A stretch of 64,000 nt of DNA from Yuukianura sp. NJ FZ-2021 (lineage: Eukaryota). Below are positions 22,598 through 37,300 of the stretch, one piece after another. The stretch lies in assembly GCA_046563655.1 (NCBI GenBank), contig CM102287.1, positions 992,001 through 1,056,000 on the forward strand, written 5' to 3'. The notes under the pieces are model-generated. The model worked only from the letters and a program-made list of their open reading frames with translations. It did not search any database and was not told the origin of the DNA. A program made the translations under genes and the position numbers. How positions within the stretch are numbered: position 1 is the first letter of the stretch; every line of letters begins with the position of its first letter.

Positions 22598-25500
22598 GTC
22601 TAGTACAGCAACTAACGTAAGTTTGATTAAGAGCTGAGACGTGGGAAAATTTGGAATTTGACTTTGGCAAATGTGAAAATTTAAGACGCTGATTTGAACA
22701 ATTCAAAATTTTGAACTGTAAATCATTTCCATTCGGGTATTATGCTATTATGCATAATACCCAATGATGATTCATTGTCAAACTGGCTTGAAAAGCAACA
22801 GGAATGTTCATCTAAAAATTTAAAAATTGCGTGTATGTATGCAAAATCGGTGACTGTCAGAATTGGGCGGCAAAATTTAAAAAAAGAGCATCAATCTTTT
22901 TAGTCTGCTGATTTTTTGTCTTGTGCATATGAATAAAGTGGTTGACGTTTCATGGCTGCAGGAAGGAAAGACAGCATGAGAGCCCAGAAATTGGTTAATT
23001 TGACAGGCGTGGAGACTGTGTGTGTGCTAATTGACATGCGTTCTCTGGAGACCATGTGAAATGCGGAAGTTCAAAGGTCAATGACCCCATGCACATGTGG
23101 AATTAATTCAAAAATGCGGTGGGAACTGTAGTGGGTGGAGAAGTGGGAACTTTATAACAAAAAAAAATTGAAACTACGTGCGAAATCCATGGAGAGAGGT
23201 CGGATTGCAAATAAAATGGAAAGTGCTCAAGGGTGGAGAATGGAGATGACGAGGCACTTTGATCCTCATGCATTTGCTTTAAAAAGTGTGGGAAGGTTCG
23301 ACAATCGATGAATTAAGTACCACATTTGCAATTGGAGATGCATTTTATGCCACCCAATCCTCTGACTCACAAAACTCCAATTGATTTGCACATTTTCTCT
23401 TTTTCATAGTTTCCATTTTTAAATACTACACTTAAATTACGTTCCACTTAAGCTCCAATTTCAACCTTTGTTCTTTGCAGTTAACCAAAGAAGCGATATT
23501 TCATTTTTCATTACATCTAAATTTCATTTTGGGAAATTTCAAAAAATTAAACAGCCCCGGGAGGCAAAAATTGAAAAATTGTTAAAAGTCACAATCCAAG
23601 TACTTTCACTCAACCAAAAAGTTAAGGAGTGGCGTTATTTATGCTCTGGCTTAAAGTGGACTGTGCAAACTGTGAAATCGCACATGTGCTAACCTTTGGT
23701 TTCACAAATTTCGAAAATTAGCAAGAATTATTGGTACTAATAAAAACTTAATAAATAAAACTTCGAAAAGGAAGGACGGACAGAGTGACGATTATTGAAA
23801 ACCATGAAATGTTTGCTGTTTTTTGGGTTTACTGTTCTTTGTTGTTGCTAATTTTTATCAATGAATCCGTTCCAGGTGAGTGAGTGCGTGGATGTAACGC
23901 ATGCGCAACAGAACTTTCGCAGGTACAAACAAGGCGTCTGATGACCTCGCAGATTTTCACACTCACACAAAACCTTCCTCTTCAATTCCTTGTATTTAAT
24001 CCATTACTTTAGGCTACTCACAAACAATTTAACAGGAAAAAACTATTCATTCAGGAAGAGTTTTAAACTTTCCAAGTCAACAGAATCTACCAATCCAAAA
24101 TCCCGATGCAAATGCCGTTTTTAAGTTAAGTTACCAAAATTAAGCTAAGCTAAAATAATTTAAAATTGGAAAAAAAAAAGTTAAAATATTGAAATTGTGT
24201 TAATTAAATTGCACCACTTTGACCCCGATCTTTTTGTCTAGTTGTTTGGGCCATAAATTGGAGTTGTTTTTCCTATAGTGCGTTGGATTTGAATTGAAAG
24301 TGAGTGGAGATGAGGATGAGCAAGTGTCTCTTGTCACGTTTTATGGTGAAGATGTGTTTAGAATATTTTGGGAGTGTGAGGATGTAACCTAAGCTACGGA
24401 GCCATTTACCTTTAGCAACAATATGTACTTGATGAACGATGTTTTTTGTACATGTACAACCTCACTAGCATAACAATGTGCAACAATGCAACTACCCACT
24501 ACGGGGGAATGACACTTCATCCCTCCAAACTCATCTTTTCCCAAACAAGCTCAACCTTTGCTCAAAAACGTTTAACTCTGTTTTTTAAAATGTCAAAATT
24601 ACATAAGCACAAAAACTAGTTTTCTGAAAATACAACTTTTTTCTTTCAAAAAATGACAGAATTTGAGCAAATAAGAATGTGCTTGTATTTGTGGGATGGC
24701 GGAAACGGAAGTGTGCTGTTGGGTGATGTCAAAATCCTTCTGTGTAAATTGACGGGTGAGGTAATCTCAACTCTTAATTCATTGAGGGCAATCCCAATTC
24801 TTGCAATTCAAGAAACTTCAAGTGCACTTTGAGCCTCATGACATGACAGATCCAAAGCAAGGTACATGCGCATGCGCACTCCCCCGAAAAGGTACATGCT
24901 CCAACTAAAAGCATGCAGTCTGAGCCCACTTGACTAAATGAATGAAGTGTCCAGCGAATCTTGAGAAGATGACAAAAGCAGAAAATTATCAAGAACCAAT
25001 TGACGCAAACACTTTTAAAATGCAACTTTTATCAAACGGAAAATTTTTTAAAACGTCTTTTCCTCTTTTCTAAGATCAGGCGGAAAGAGAACCTACGCAA
25101 AAGACGTCTTTTTTGAAACATTTTGTGGAAGACGTTAATGTCCTCTTGCAACATACTGTCTAAATTTACATAAATTGCGATCTTAAAATTGTCAGTGTCT
25201 GTGCACTTGGATGGGACAACGGAATTAAAAATGTGCAGGAGTTATGACCACTTAGGTCAAAGGTCATGTGGCACTGACATACATATTGCATCATCACACT
25301 CATCAAGTGGATCATGCAAACTGGAACTGTTTAACATTTTTAGACTCCAGTTTACAAAAATAGAGACAAAAAATAATCTAAAAGGAGAACGCGGCTCTAA
25401 AATAAGTCAACCCAAATTGCAAAAATAAGCTTTTTTCACAGTTTGCAAAATCGTTTCCGTTTAAACTCCCAAAAACCTTCCGTATGCTCTGCGCATTCGC

Positions 25501-27209
25501 ACATCATAAATGTGTATTTCAGGCGGATGTTTATGAAAACTCCAATGGAATGAAAAATATAAAAAGCAAAAGGAAAATAACTGAAACTTGACACGGTCCA
25601 TCTGCTGTTGCATATGTTGAAGCCAATGTACAAAATGTGAGTCAGAAATTTAAAAATGATGGAAAAGTTAAATTGGAAAATGAAATGATTGAAAACTGGA
25701 ATTGAAAAATGAGTAAAATGAAATGATTGTAAAATTTATTTTGTCGAAGTACATGGAATTGGGGAACAATGATTTGGAAGCGTCATGTCAGGATGGTTGC
25801 TCAGTGTTAAGATGTAATCAACTCTTGGTTAATTTTGTACAAAGCAAGGAAAACTAATTACACAGATTCATTCTTCGTAAAACCAAAATCCTATTTCACA
25901 AATTGCCAACTTTAGCCTTCCTCATGCCAAAATTTTTAACATTGCGGACGTTATACGTGTGGACGTCATGGACGTTATTTCTTATGCTTGTGGTCATTAT
26001 CGACTTGCGTGGACTGCGTCGTTATTGTTATGAAAAATTATGGACACATTATTGTTATGTTCGACGTTTTGGACATCATGGTTGCTGACGTTACATTCGG
26101 AAAGTTTCATCCTGAAACAATTTTGGAACATCATGAAACATCAAAAAATTTACAGCGTCCAAGCAATAACGTCAAGAATAAAAAATAATGAAGCTTTCAC
26201 GGACGTTATTATTTGGACGCTGAATTTTTTTTTTCTATAATTTCCATTAATGAACTGAAATGTTAGATAAACTACCGTATCAACTCTGTTCCTGGAAGCT
26301 TTTAGAATTTTGAAAATTGATTTTGTGGCTTTTTCCCACGGTCTGAAGAGTTGCGTTGTTATGACTTTGAGAACTCTGGAGATAAAATGGAACTTGCTTC
26401 GTGCATTTCCTTGTTCGATTGTCTTCAAGCGTCTCTTTTGACGCTTTTGTCAAAGCGAAGGATATGAAGTTAGTGAGAATAGAACTGATAAGTGTATATC
26501 GCTCTCTTCTCCAGCCTAAAACGCCTTCCCATTCAACCAACACACGCTTTTCAAAAGATTTTGAACAAGTGTCATAATTCCATTTGAACAGAACGGAGTT
26601 CCAGAACAGAAGGAAGTGATTGATTAAACCAGGAAATGAACAGCTTACTCAAAATGCACTGCTGCAGTATTCTAAATTTAGAACAGCAGATGAGCCTCTA
26701 AGATGAACAATTTCAAAAAGACTTACTTTTTTGAGTTGAGAGTTCCGATTTCTTTGAATTTTCCAACGACAGTAACGCTACTCACTTTGAATTTATCAAA
26801 ATTGAAGCTTTGTGGTGAGAATCACTGGAACAGTTTGAGTGGCGTTGGAGTGGGACTGGAGTTGGACTTATAAATGAAGAGTGACGCAAGGGAGTTGTCC
26901 CTTGGTCGGATATCGTCAGATCGGACTTGGAAGTGGAGGGTTTAGTTGACAGTTCGTGGAACAACTTCTGAAGTGTCACTTTTGGTTCGGAAGTGAGTGT
27001 GATGACGATGGAGTCCAGAGGGAGACTGCAAGGGATTGGAGGGTTGGAAGCCCAGGAACAACATTCACTTTGGCTTAAAAGAGGGTGGATTTCCATACCT
27101 TTATTCCCTTGCTCACAAAGTTACATTACATCTCCAATCTCGAGTTACGTTTTCCATTCCAACTACCTCGCTATTCTATGATTCTGCACTCATTTCCGCT
27201 CATAGCTTC

Positions 27210-27660
27210 AATTTTAATCGATTTTAGTCAGTCAGCTTATGAGAAAACTTTTTTAGTCACTCTGCAAGAAAAACTGTCAATGGTTTCAATTATTCTATTC
27301 GAACGTTTTAATCGATTTTAGTCACCCAGCAAAATAACTTTTTATTCCATTGTTCAAAAACATTGTATTAAATTTTACTCTGCGGTAAAATCGATTGCAG
27401 ACAATTCATCGAAACGTTTTGCTCGATTTTAGTCACTTCAAAAGTCAGTCGCTGTTTAACTTAAGTGAAACATATTGCTCTTAAAACTTTTTAATCGATT
27501 TTGATTTTAGACCCGCCACATTTCAAGAACTTTACTTTTTTAAGCCGATTTTTAGTGACTCAGGGAATTAGAAACTTTTTAGATTTCGGAAGACCCAGCC
27601 ATAGAAACTTTCCTATCGATTTTGCCTACTAACTTTGAATCAAAAACTTTTTAGTCGAAT
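27210..27660. repeat. Dispersed degenerate motif AAACTTTTTAATCGATTTTAGTCA, ~9 copies
   Basis: Recurring variants at irregular 30-100 bp spacing. Confidence 0.6.
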
Positions 27661-28238
27661 CAGTACATGCTCTTCGCATCTACCAGATGCTATTTTTCTC
27701 ACATCCTAATAAAGTTAGTCATTACTTCAATTAGTATTATGCTTAATTTATGCATTTGACAAAAAATTCAAAGATTACGTTTTTGTAAAAAAAAAATGAA
27801 CGTGAAGGAGACATTGGAATTGTTACACTTAATTTCTAAGAATTTTAAATTTAATAAGACTTAGTCCGGTGAAGCGGAGAGGGACTGACGAAGGACGGAT
27901 TCGGAACTCCGGAAGAAACCGAGTAGTTAGGAAGAGGTAGAGTAGGAGGACTATGTTCTCTGTGTGTAGGTTACAGAATAACATTTATTCACTTTTTCTG
28001 TAGCGGGGAGTCTCTTCCCAACCTTCAACAAGTGAACACCTAAATAAAAGTCTATTCCATTTGTTCACTGTTGTTGTCACGACCAGTTCATTTCTCAGTT
28101 GATGTTGGCACAATAGGAGAACCTAACCTTGTTGACCTCAGGTCAAATCTTCCTGAAGAGAAGAGTTGACCTGAACTGATGATTTCCCTGTAGAGGAAAT
28201 CACTGTTTCGGTCACAGGGACTGCGGGGTTGTTGCAGT

Positions 28239-28338
28239 NNNNNNNNNNNNNNNNNNNNNNNNNNNNNNNNNNNNNNNNNNNNNNNNNNNNNNNNNNNNNN
28301 NNNNNNNNNNNNNNNNNNNNNNNNNNNNNNNNNNNNNN
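28239..28338. other. Assembly gap (100 N)
   Basis: Exactly 100 Ns, typical of an unknown-size scaffold join; adjacency of the two halves and the true left end of the array are unverified. Confidence 0.99.
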
Positions 28339-31300
28339 ACAACGAGTACAAGCATGATATTCAGCTGTCATGACTAGAGATAGAATTTTTTACTTGTTGG
28401 CGTCATGGGGTCGTTCTGTAAAATTTTCTTTTAGTGCAATCGAGAGGTGCCAGGAATCGACATGTGGCGAAAAGTGCGACAACTAGTGTGTTCTTAAGTA
28501 AAACACAGTAGCAGTTAGAGGTCAAATGTAGCCAACAACGAGTACAAGCATGATATTCAGCTGTCATGACTAGAGATAGAATTTTTTACATGTTGGCGTC
28601 ATGGGGTCGTTCTGCAAAATTTTCTTTTAGTGCAATCGAGAGGTGCCAGGAATCGACATGTGGCGAAAAGTGCGACAACTAGTGTGTTCTTAAGTAAAAC
28701 ACAGTAGCAGTTAGAGGTCAAATGTAGCCAACAACGAGTACAAGCATGATATTCAGCTGTCATGACTAGAGATAGAAATTTTTACATGTTGGCGTCATGG
28801 GGTCGTTCTGAAAAATTTTCTTTTAGTGCAATCGAGAGGTGCCAGGAATCGACATGTGGCGAAAAGTGCGACAACTAGTGTGTTCTTAAGTAAAACACAG
28901 TAGCAGTTAGAGGTCAAATGTAGCCAACAACGAGTACAAGCATGATATTCAGCTGTCATGACTAGAGATAGAATTTTTTACATGTTGGCGTCATGGGGTC
29001 GTTCTGTAAAATTTTCTTTTAGTGCAATCGAGAGGTGCCAGGAATCGACATGTGGCGAAAAGTGCGACAACTAGTGTGTTCTTAAGTAAAACACAGTAGC
29101 AGTTAGAGGTCAAATGTAGCCAACAACGAGTACAAGCATGATATTCAGCTGTCATGACTAGAGATAGAATTTTATGCATGTTGGCGTCATGGGGTCGTTC
29201 TGTAAAATTTTCTTTTAGTGCAATCGAGAGGTGCCAGGAATCGACATGTGGCGAAAAGTGCGACAACTAGTGTGTTCTTAAGTAAAACACAGTAGCAGTT
29301 AGAGGTCAAATGTAGCCAACAACGAGTACAAGCATGATATTCAGCTGTCATGACTAGAGATAGAAATTTTTACATGTTGGCGTCATGGGGTCGTTCTGTA
29401 AAATTTTCTTTTAGTGCAATCGAGAGGTGCCAGGAATCGACATGTGGCGAAAAGTGCGACAACTAGTGTGTTCTTAAGTAAAACACAGTAGCAGTTAGAG
29501 GTCAAATGTAGCCAACAACGAGTACAAGCATGATATTCAGCTGTCATGACTAGAGATAGAATTTTTTACTTGTTGGCGTCATGGGGTCGTTCTGTAAAAT
29601 TTTCTTTTAGTGCAATCGAGAGGTGCCAGGAATCGACATGTGGCGAAAAGTGCGACAACTAGTGTGTTCTTAAGTAAAACACAGTAGCAGTTAGAGGTCA
29701 AATGTAGCCAACAACGAGTACAAGCATGATATTCAGCTGTCATGACTAGAGATAGAATTTTTTACTTGTTGGCGTCATGGGGTCGTTCTGTAAAATTTTC
29801 TTTTAGTGCAATCGAGAGGTGCCAGGAATCGACATGTGGCGAAAAGTGCGACAACTAGTGTGTTCTTAAGTAAAACACAGTAGCAGTTAGAGGTCAAATG
29901 TAGCCAACAACGAGTACAAGCATGATATTCAGCTGTCATGACTAGAGATAGAATTTTTTACATGTTGGCGTCATGGGGTCGTTCTGCAAAATTTTCTTTT
30001 AGTGCAATCGAGAGGTGCCAGGAATCGACATGTGGCGAAAAGTGCGACAACTAGTGTGTTCTTAAGTAAAACACAGTAGCAGTTAGAGGTCAAATGTAGC
30101 CAACAACGAGTACAAGCATGATATTCAGCTGTCATGACTAGAGATAGAATTTTTTACTTGTTGGCGTCATGGGGTCGTTCTGTAAAATTTTCTTTTAGTG
30201 CAATCGAGAGGTGCCAGGAATCGACATGTGGCGAAAAGTGCGACAACTAGTGTGTTCTTAAGTAAAACACAGTAGCAGTTAGAGGTCAAATGTAGCCAAC
30301 AACGAGTACAAGCATGATATTCAGCTGTCATGACTAGAGATAGAAATTTTTACATGTTGGCGTCATGGGGTCGTTCTGAAAAATTTTCTTTTAGTGCAAT
30401 CGAGAGGTGCCAGGAATCGACATGTGGCGAAAAGTGCGACAACTAGTGTGTTCTTAAGTAAAACACAGTAGCAGTTAGAGGTCAAATGTAGCCAACAACG
30501 AGTACAAGCATGATATTCAGCTGTCATGACTAGAGATAGAATTTTTTACATGTTGGCGTCATGGGGTCGTTCTGTAAAATTTTCTTTTAGTGCAATCGAG
30601 AGGTGCCAGGAATCGACATGTGGCGAAAAGTGCGACAACTAGTGTGTTCTTAAGTAAAACACAGTAGCAGTTAGAGGTCAAATGTAGCCAACAACGAGTA
30701 CAAGCATGATATTCAGCTGTCATGACTAGAGATAGAAATTTTTACATGTTGGCGTCATGGGGTCGTTCTGCAAAATTTTCTTTTAGTGCAATCGAGAGGT
30801 GCCAGGAATCGACATGTGGCGAAAAGTGCGACAACTAGTGTGTTCTTAAGTAAAACACAGTAGCAGTTAGAGGTCAAATGTAGCCAACAACGAGTACAAG
30901 CATGATATTCAGCTGTCATGACTAGAGATAGAAATTTTTACATGTTGGCGTCACGGGGTCGTTCAGCAAAATTTTCCTTTAGTGCAATCGAGAGGTGCCA
31001 GGAATCGACATGTGGCGAAAAGTGCGACAACTAGTGTGTTCTTAAGTAAAACACAGTAGCAGTTAGAGGTCAAATGTAGCCAACAACGAGTACAAGCATG
31101 ATATTCAGCTGTCATGACTAGAGATAGAATTTTTTACATGTTGGCGTCATGGGGTCGTTCTGTAAAATTTTCTTTTAGTGCAATCGAGAGGTGCCAGGAA
31201 TCGACATGTGGCGAAAAGTGCGACAACTAGTGTGTTCTTAAGTAAAACACAGTAGCAGTTAGAGGTCAAATGTAGCCAACAACGAGTACAAGCATGATAT

Positions 31301-34300
31301 TCAGCTGTCATGACTAGAGATAGAATTTTTACTTGTTGGCGTCATGGGGTCGTTCTGTAAAATTTTCTTTTAGTGCAATCGAGAGGTGCCAGGAATCGAC
31401 ATGTGGCGAAAAGTGCGACAACTAGTGTGTTCTTAAGTAAAACACAGTAGCAGTTAGAGGTCAAATGTAGCCAACAACGAGTACAAGCATGATATTCAGC
31501 TGTCATGACTAGAGATAGAATTTTTTACATGTTGGCGTCATGGGGTCGTTCTGTAAAATTTTCTTTTAGTGCAATCGAGAGGTGCCAGGAATCGACATGT
31601 GGCGAAAAGTGCGACAACTAGTGTGTTCTTAAGTAAAACACAGTAGCAGTTAGAGGTCAAATGTAGCCAACAACGAGTACAAGCATGATATTCAGCTGTC
31701 ATGACTAGAGATAGAATTTTTTACATGTTGGCGTCATGGGGTCTTTCTGCAAAATTTTCTTTTAGTGCAATCGAGAGGTGCCAGGAATCGACATGTGGCG
31801 AAAAGTGCGACAACTAGTGTGTTCTTAAGTAAAACACAGTAGCAGTTAGAGGTCAAATGTAGCCAACAACGAGTACAAGCATGATATTCAGCTGTCATGA
31901 CTAGAGATAGAATTTTTACTTGTTGGCGTCATGGGGTCGTTCTGTAAAATTTTCTTTTAGTGCAATCGAGAGGTGCCAGGAATCGACATGTGGCGAAAAG
32001 TGCGACAACTAGTGTGTTCTTAAGTAAAACACAGTAGCAGTTAGAGGTCAAATGTAGCCAACAACGAGTACAAGCATGATATTCAGCTGTCATGACTAGA
32101 GATAGAATTTTTACATGTTGGCGTCATGGGGTCGTTCTGCAAAATTTTCTTTTAGTGCAATCGAGAGGTGCCAGGAATCGACATGTGGCGAAAAGTGCGA
32201 CAACTAGTGTGTTCTTAAGTAAAACACAGTAGCAGTTAGAGGTCAAATGTAGCCAACAACGAGTACAAGCATGATATTCAGCTGTCATGACTAGAGATAG
32301 AATTTTTTACTTGTTGGCGTCATGGGGTCGTTCTGTAAAATTTTCTTTTAGTGCAATCGAGAGGTGCCAGGAATCGACATGTGGCGAAAAGTGCGACAAC
32401 TAGTGTGTTCTTAAGTAAAACACAGTAGCAGTTAGAGGTCAAATGTAGCCAACAACGAGTACAAGCATGATATTCAGCTGTCATGACTAGAGATAGAAAT
32501 TTTTACATGTTGGCGTCATGGGGTCTTTCTGCAAAATTTTCTTTTAGTGCAATCGAGAGGTGCCAGGAATCGACATGTGGCGAAAAGTGCGACAACTAGT
32601 GTGTTCTTAAGTAAAACACAGTAGCAGTTAGAGGTCAAATGTAGCCAACAACGAGTACAAGCATGATATTCAGCTGTCATGACTAGAGATAGAAATTTTT
32701 ACATGTTGGCGTCATGGGGTCGTTCTGCAAAATTTTCTTTTAGTGCAATCGAGAGGTGCCAGGAATCGACATGTGGCGAAAAGTGCGACAACTAGTGTGT
32801 TCTTAAGTAAAACACAGTAGCAGTTAGAGGTCAAATGTAGCCAACAACGAGTACAAGCATGATATTCAGCTGTCATGACTAGAGATAGAATTTTTTACTT
32901 GTTGGCGTCATGGGGTCGTTCTGTAAAATTTTCTTTTAGTGCAATCGAGAGGTGCCAGGAATCGACATGTGGCGAAAAGTGCGACAACTAGTGTGTTCTT
33001 AAGTAAAACACAGTAGCAGTTAGAGGTCAAATGTAGCCAACAACGAGTACAAGCATGATATTCAGCTGTCATGACTAGAGATAGAATTTTATGCATGTTG
33101 GCGTCATGGGGTCGTTCTGTAAAATTTTCTTTTAGTGCAATCGAGAGGTGCCAGGAATCGACATGTGGCGAAAAGTGCGACAACTAGTGTGTTCTTAAGT
33201 AAAACACAGTAGCAGTTAGAGGTCAAATGTAGCCAACAACGAGTACAAGCATGATATTCAGCTGTCATGACTAGAGATAGAAATTTTTACATGTTGGCGT
33301 CATGGGGTCGTTCTGCAAAATTTTCTTTTAGTGCAATCGAGAGGTGCCAGGAATCGACATGTGGCGAAAAGTGCGACAACTAGTGTGTTCTTAAGTAAAA
33401 CACAGTAGCAGTTAGAGGTCAAATGTAGCCAACAACGAGTACAAGCATGATATTCAGCTGTCATGACTAGAGATAGAATTTTTTACATGTTGGCGTCATG
33501 GGGTCGTTCTGCAAAATTTTCTTTTAGTGCAATCGAGAGGTGCCAGGAATCGACATGTGGCGAAAAGTGCGACAACTAGTGTGTTCTTAAGTAAAACACA
33601 GTAGCAGTTAGAGGTCAAATGTAGCCAACAACGAGTACAAGCATGATATTCAGCTGTCATGACTAGAGATAGAATTTTTTACATGTTGGCGTCATGGGGT
33701 CGTTCTGTAAAATTTTCTTTTAGTGCAATCGAGAGGTGCCAGGAATCGACATGTGGCGAAAAGTGCGACAACTAGTGTGTTCTTAAGTAAAACACAGTAG
33801 CAGTTAGAGGTCAAATGTAGCCAACAACGAGTACAAGCATGATATTCAGCTGTCATGACTAGAGATAGAATTTTTACATGTTGGCGTCATGGGGTCTTTC
33901 TGCAAAATTTTCTTTTAGTGCAATCGAGAGGTGCCAGGAATCGACATGTGGCGAAAAGTGCGACAACTAGTGTGTTCTTAAGTAAAACACAGTAGCAGTT
34001 AGAGGTCAAATGTAGCCAACAACGAGTACAAGCATGATATTCAGCTGTCATGACTAGAGATAGAATTTTTTACATGTTGGCGTCATGGGGTCGTTCTGTA
34101 AAATTTTCTTTTAGTGCAATCGAGAGGTGCCAGGAATCGACATGTGGCGAAAAGTGCGACAACTAGTGTGTTCTTAAGTAAAACACAGTAGCAGTTAGAG
34201 GTCAAATGTAGCCAACAACGAGTACAAGCATGATATTCAGCTGTCATGACTAGAGATAGAATTTTTACATGTTGGCGTCATGGGGTCGTTCTGCAAAATT

Positions 34301-37300
34301 TTCCTTTAGTGCAATCGAGAGGTGCCAGGAATCGACATGTGGCGAAAAGTGCGACAACTAGTGTGTTCTTAAGTAAAACACAGTAGCAGTTAGAGGTCAA
34401 ATGTAGCCAACAACGAGTACAAGCATGATATTCAGCTGTCATGACTAGAGATAGAATTTTTACATGTTGGCGTCACGGGGTCGTTCTGCAAAATTTTCTT
34501 TTAGTGCAATCGAGAGGTGCCAGGAATCGACATGTGGCGAAAAGTGCGACAACTAGTGTGTTCTTAAGTAAAACACAGTAGCAGTTAGAGGTCAAATGTA
34601 GCCAACAACGAGTACAAGCATGATATTCAGCTGTCATGACTAGAGATAGAATTTTTTACATGTTGGCGTCATGGGGTCGTTCTGCAAAATTTTCTTTTAG
34701 TGCAATCGAGAGGTGCCAGGAATCGACATGTGGCGAAAAGTGCGACAACTAGTGTGTTCTTAAGTAAAACACAGTAGCAGTTAGAGGTCAAATGTAGCCA
34801 ACAACGAGTACAAGCATGATATTCAGCTGTCATGACTAGAGATAGAAATTTTTACATGTTGGCGTCATGGGGTCGTTCTGAAAAATTTTCTTTTAGTGCA
34901 ATCGAGAGGTGCCAGGAATCGACATGTGGCGAAAAGTGCGACAACTAGTGTGTTCTTAAGTAAAACACAGTAGCAGTTAGAGGTCAAATGTAGCCAACAA
35001 CGAGTACAAGCATGATATTCAGCTGTCATGACTAGAGATAGAATTTTTTACTTGTTGGCGTCATGGGGTCGTTCTGTAAAATTTTCTTTTAGTGCAATCG
35101 AGAGGTGCCAGGAATCGACATGTGGCGAAAAGTGCGACAACTAGTGTGTTCTTAAGTAAAACACAGTAGCAGTTAGAGGTCAAATGTAGCCAACAACGAG
35201 TACAAGCATGATATTCAGCTGTCATGACTAGAGATAGAAATTTTTACATGTTGGCGTCATGGGGTCGTTCTGCAAAATTTTCTTTTAGTGCAATCGAGAG
35301 GTGCCAGGAATCGACATGTGGCGAAAAGTGCGACAACTAGTGTGTTCTTAAGTAAAACACAGTAGCAGTTAGAGGTCAAATGTAGCCAACAACGAGTACA
35401 AGCATGATATTCAGCTGTCATGACTAGAGATAGAATTATTTACATGTTGGCGTCATGGGGTCGTTCTGTAAAATTTTCTTTTAGTGCAATCGAGAGGTGC
35501 CAGGAATCGACATGTGGCGAAAAGTGCGACAACTAGTGTGTTCTTAAGTAAAACACAGTAGCAGTTAGAGGTCAAATGTAGCCAACAACGAGTACAAGCA
35601 TGATATTCAGCTGTCATGACTAGAGATAGAATTTTTACTTGTTGGCGTCATGGGGTCGTTCTGTAAAATTTTCTTTTAGTGCAATCGAGAGGTGCCAGGA
35701 ATCGACATGTGGCGAAAAGTGCGACAACTAGTGTGTTCTTAAGTAAAACACAGTAGCAGTTAGAGGTCAAATGTAGCCAACAACGAGTACAAGCATGATA
35801 TTCAGCTGTCATGACTAGAGATAGAATTTTTACATGTTGGCGTCATGGGGTCGTTCTGCAAAATTTTCTTTTAGTGCAATCGAGAGGTGCCAGGAATCGA
35901 CATGTGGCGAAAAGTGCGACAACTAGTGTGTTCTTAAGTAAAACACAGTAGCAGTTAGAGGTCAAATGTAGCCAACAACGAGTACAAGCATGATATTCAG
36001 CTGTCATGACTAGAGATAGAAATTTTTACATGTTGGCGTCATGGGGTCTTTCTGCAAAATTTTCTTTTAGTGCAATCGAGAGGTGCCAGGAATCGACATG
36101 TGGCGAAAAGTGCGACAACTAGTGTGTTCTTAAGTAAAACACAGTAGCAGTTAGAGGTCAAATGTAGCCAACAACGAGTACAAGCATGATATTCAGCTGT
36201 CATGACTAGAGATAGAATTTTTACTTGTTGGCGTCATGGGGTCGTTCTGTAAAATTTTCTTTTAGTGCAATCGAGAGGTGCCAGGAATCGACATGTGGCG
36301 AAAAGTGCGACAACTAGTGTGTTCTTAAGTAAAACACAGTAGCAGTTAGAGGTCAAATGTAGCCAACAACGAGTACAAGCATGATATTCAGCTGTCATGA
36401 CTAGAGATAGAATTTTTAAATGTTGGCGTCACGGGGTCGTTCAGCAAAATTTTCCTTTAGTGCAATCGAGAGGTGCCAGGAATCGACATGTGGCGAAAAG
36501 TGCGACAACTAGTGTGTTCTTAAGTAAAACACAGTAGCAGTTAGAGGTCAAATGTAGCCAACAACGAGTACAAGCATGATATTCAGCTGTCATGACTAGA
36601 GATAGAAATTTTACTTGTTGGCGTCATGGGGTCGTTCTGTAAAATTTTCTTTTAGTGCAATCGAGAGGTGCCAGGAATCGACATGTGGCGAAAAGTGCGA
36701 CAACTAGTGTGTTCTTAAGTAAAACACAGTAGCAGTTAGAGGTCAAATGTAGCCAACAACGAGTACAAGCATGATATTCAGCTGTCATGACTAGAGATAG
36801 AAATTTTTACATGTTGGCGTCATGGGGTCTTTCGGCAAAATTTTCTTTTAGTGCAATCGAGAGGTGCCAGGAATCGACATGTGGCGAAAAGTGCGACAAC
36901 TAGTGTGTTCTTAAGTAAAACACAGTAGCAGTTAGAGGTCAAATGTAGCCAACAACGAGTACAAGCATGATATTCAGCTGTCATGACTAGAGATAGAATT
37001 TTTTACATGTTGGCGTCATGGGGTCGTTCTGTAAAATTTTCTTTTAGTGCAATCGAGAGGTGCCAGGAATCGACATGTGGCGAAAAGTGCGACAACTAGT
37101 GTGTTCTTAAGTAAAACACAGTAGCAGTTAGAGGTCAAATGTAGCCAACAACGAGTACAAGCATGATATTCAGCTGTCATGACTAGAGATAGAAATTTTT
37201 ACATGTTGGCGTCATGGGGTCATTCTGCAAAATTTTCTTTTAGTGCAATCGAGAGGTGCCAGGAATCGACATGTGGCGAAAAGTGCGACAACTAGTGTGT

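Noticed and set aside
26280..27096. Minus-strand ORFs ending near a poly-A-like tract (26224-26236), considered as a LINE 3' end or retrocopy
   Set aside because: No RT, endonuclease or other recognisable motif, and no TSD found; may be a decayed gene but cannot be supported.
28339..28535. Hammerhead ribozyme in the satellite unit, as in newt, cricket and schistosome satellites
   Set aside because: No CUGANGA core on either strand of the unit.
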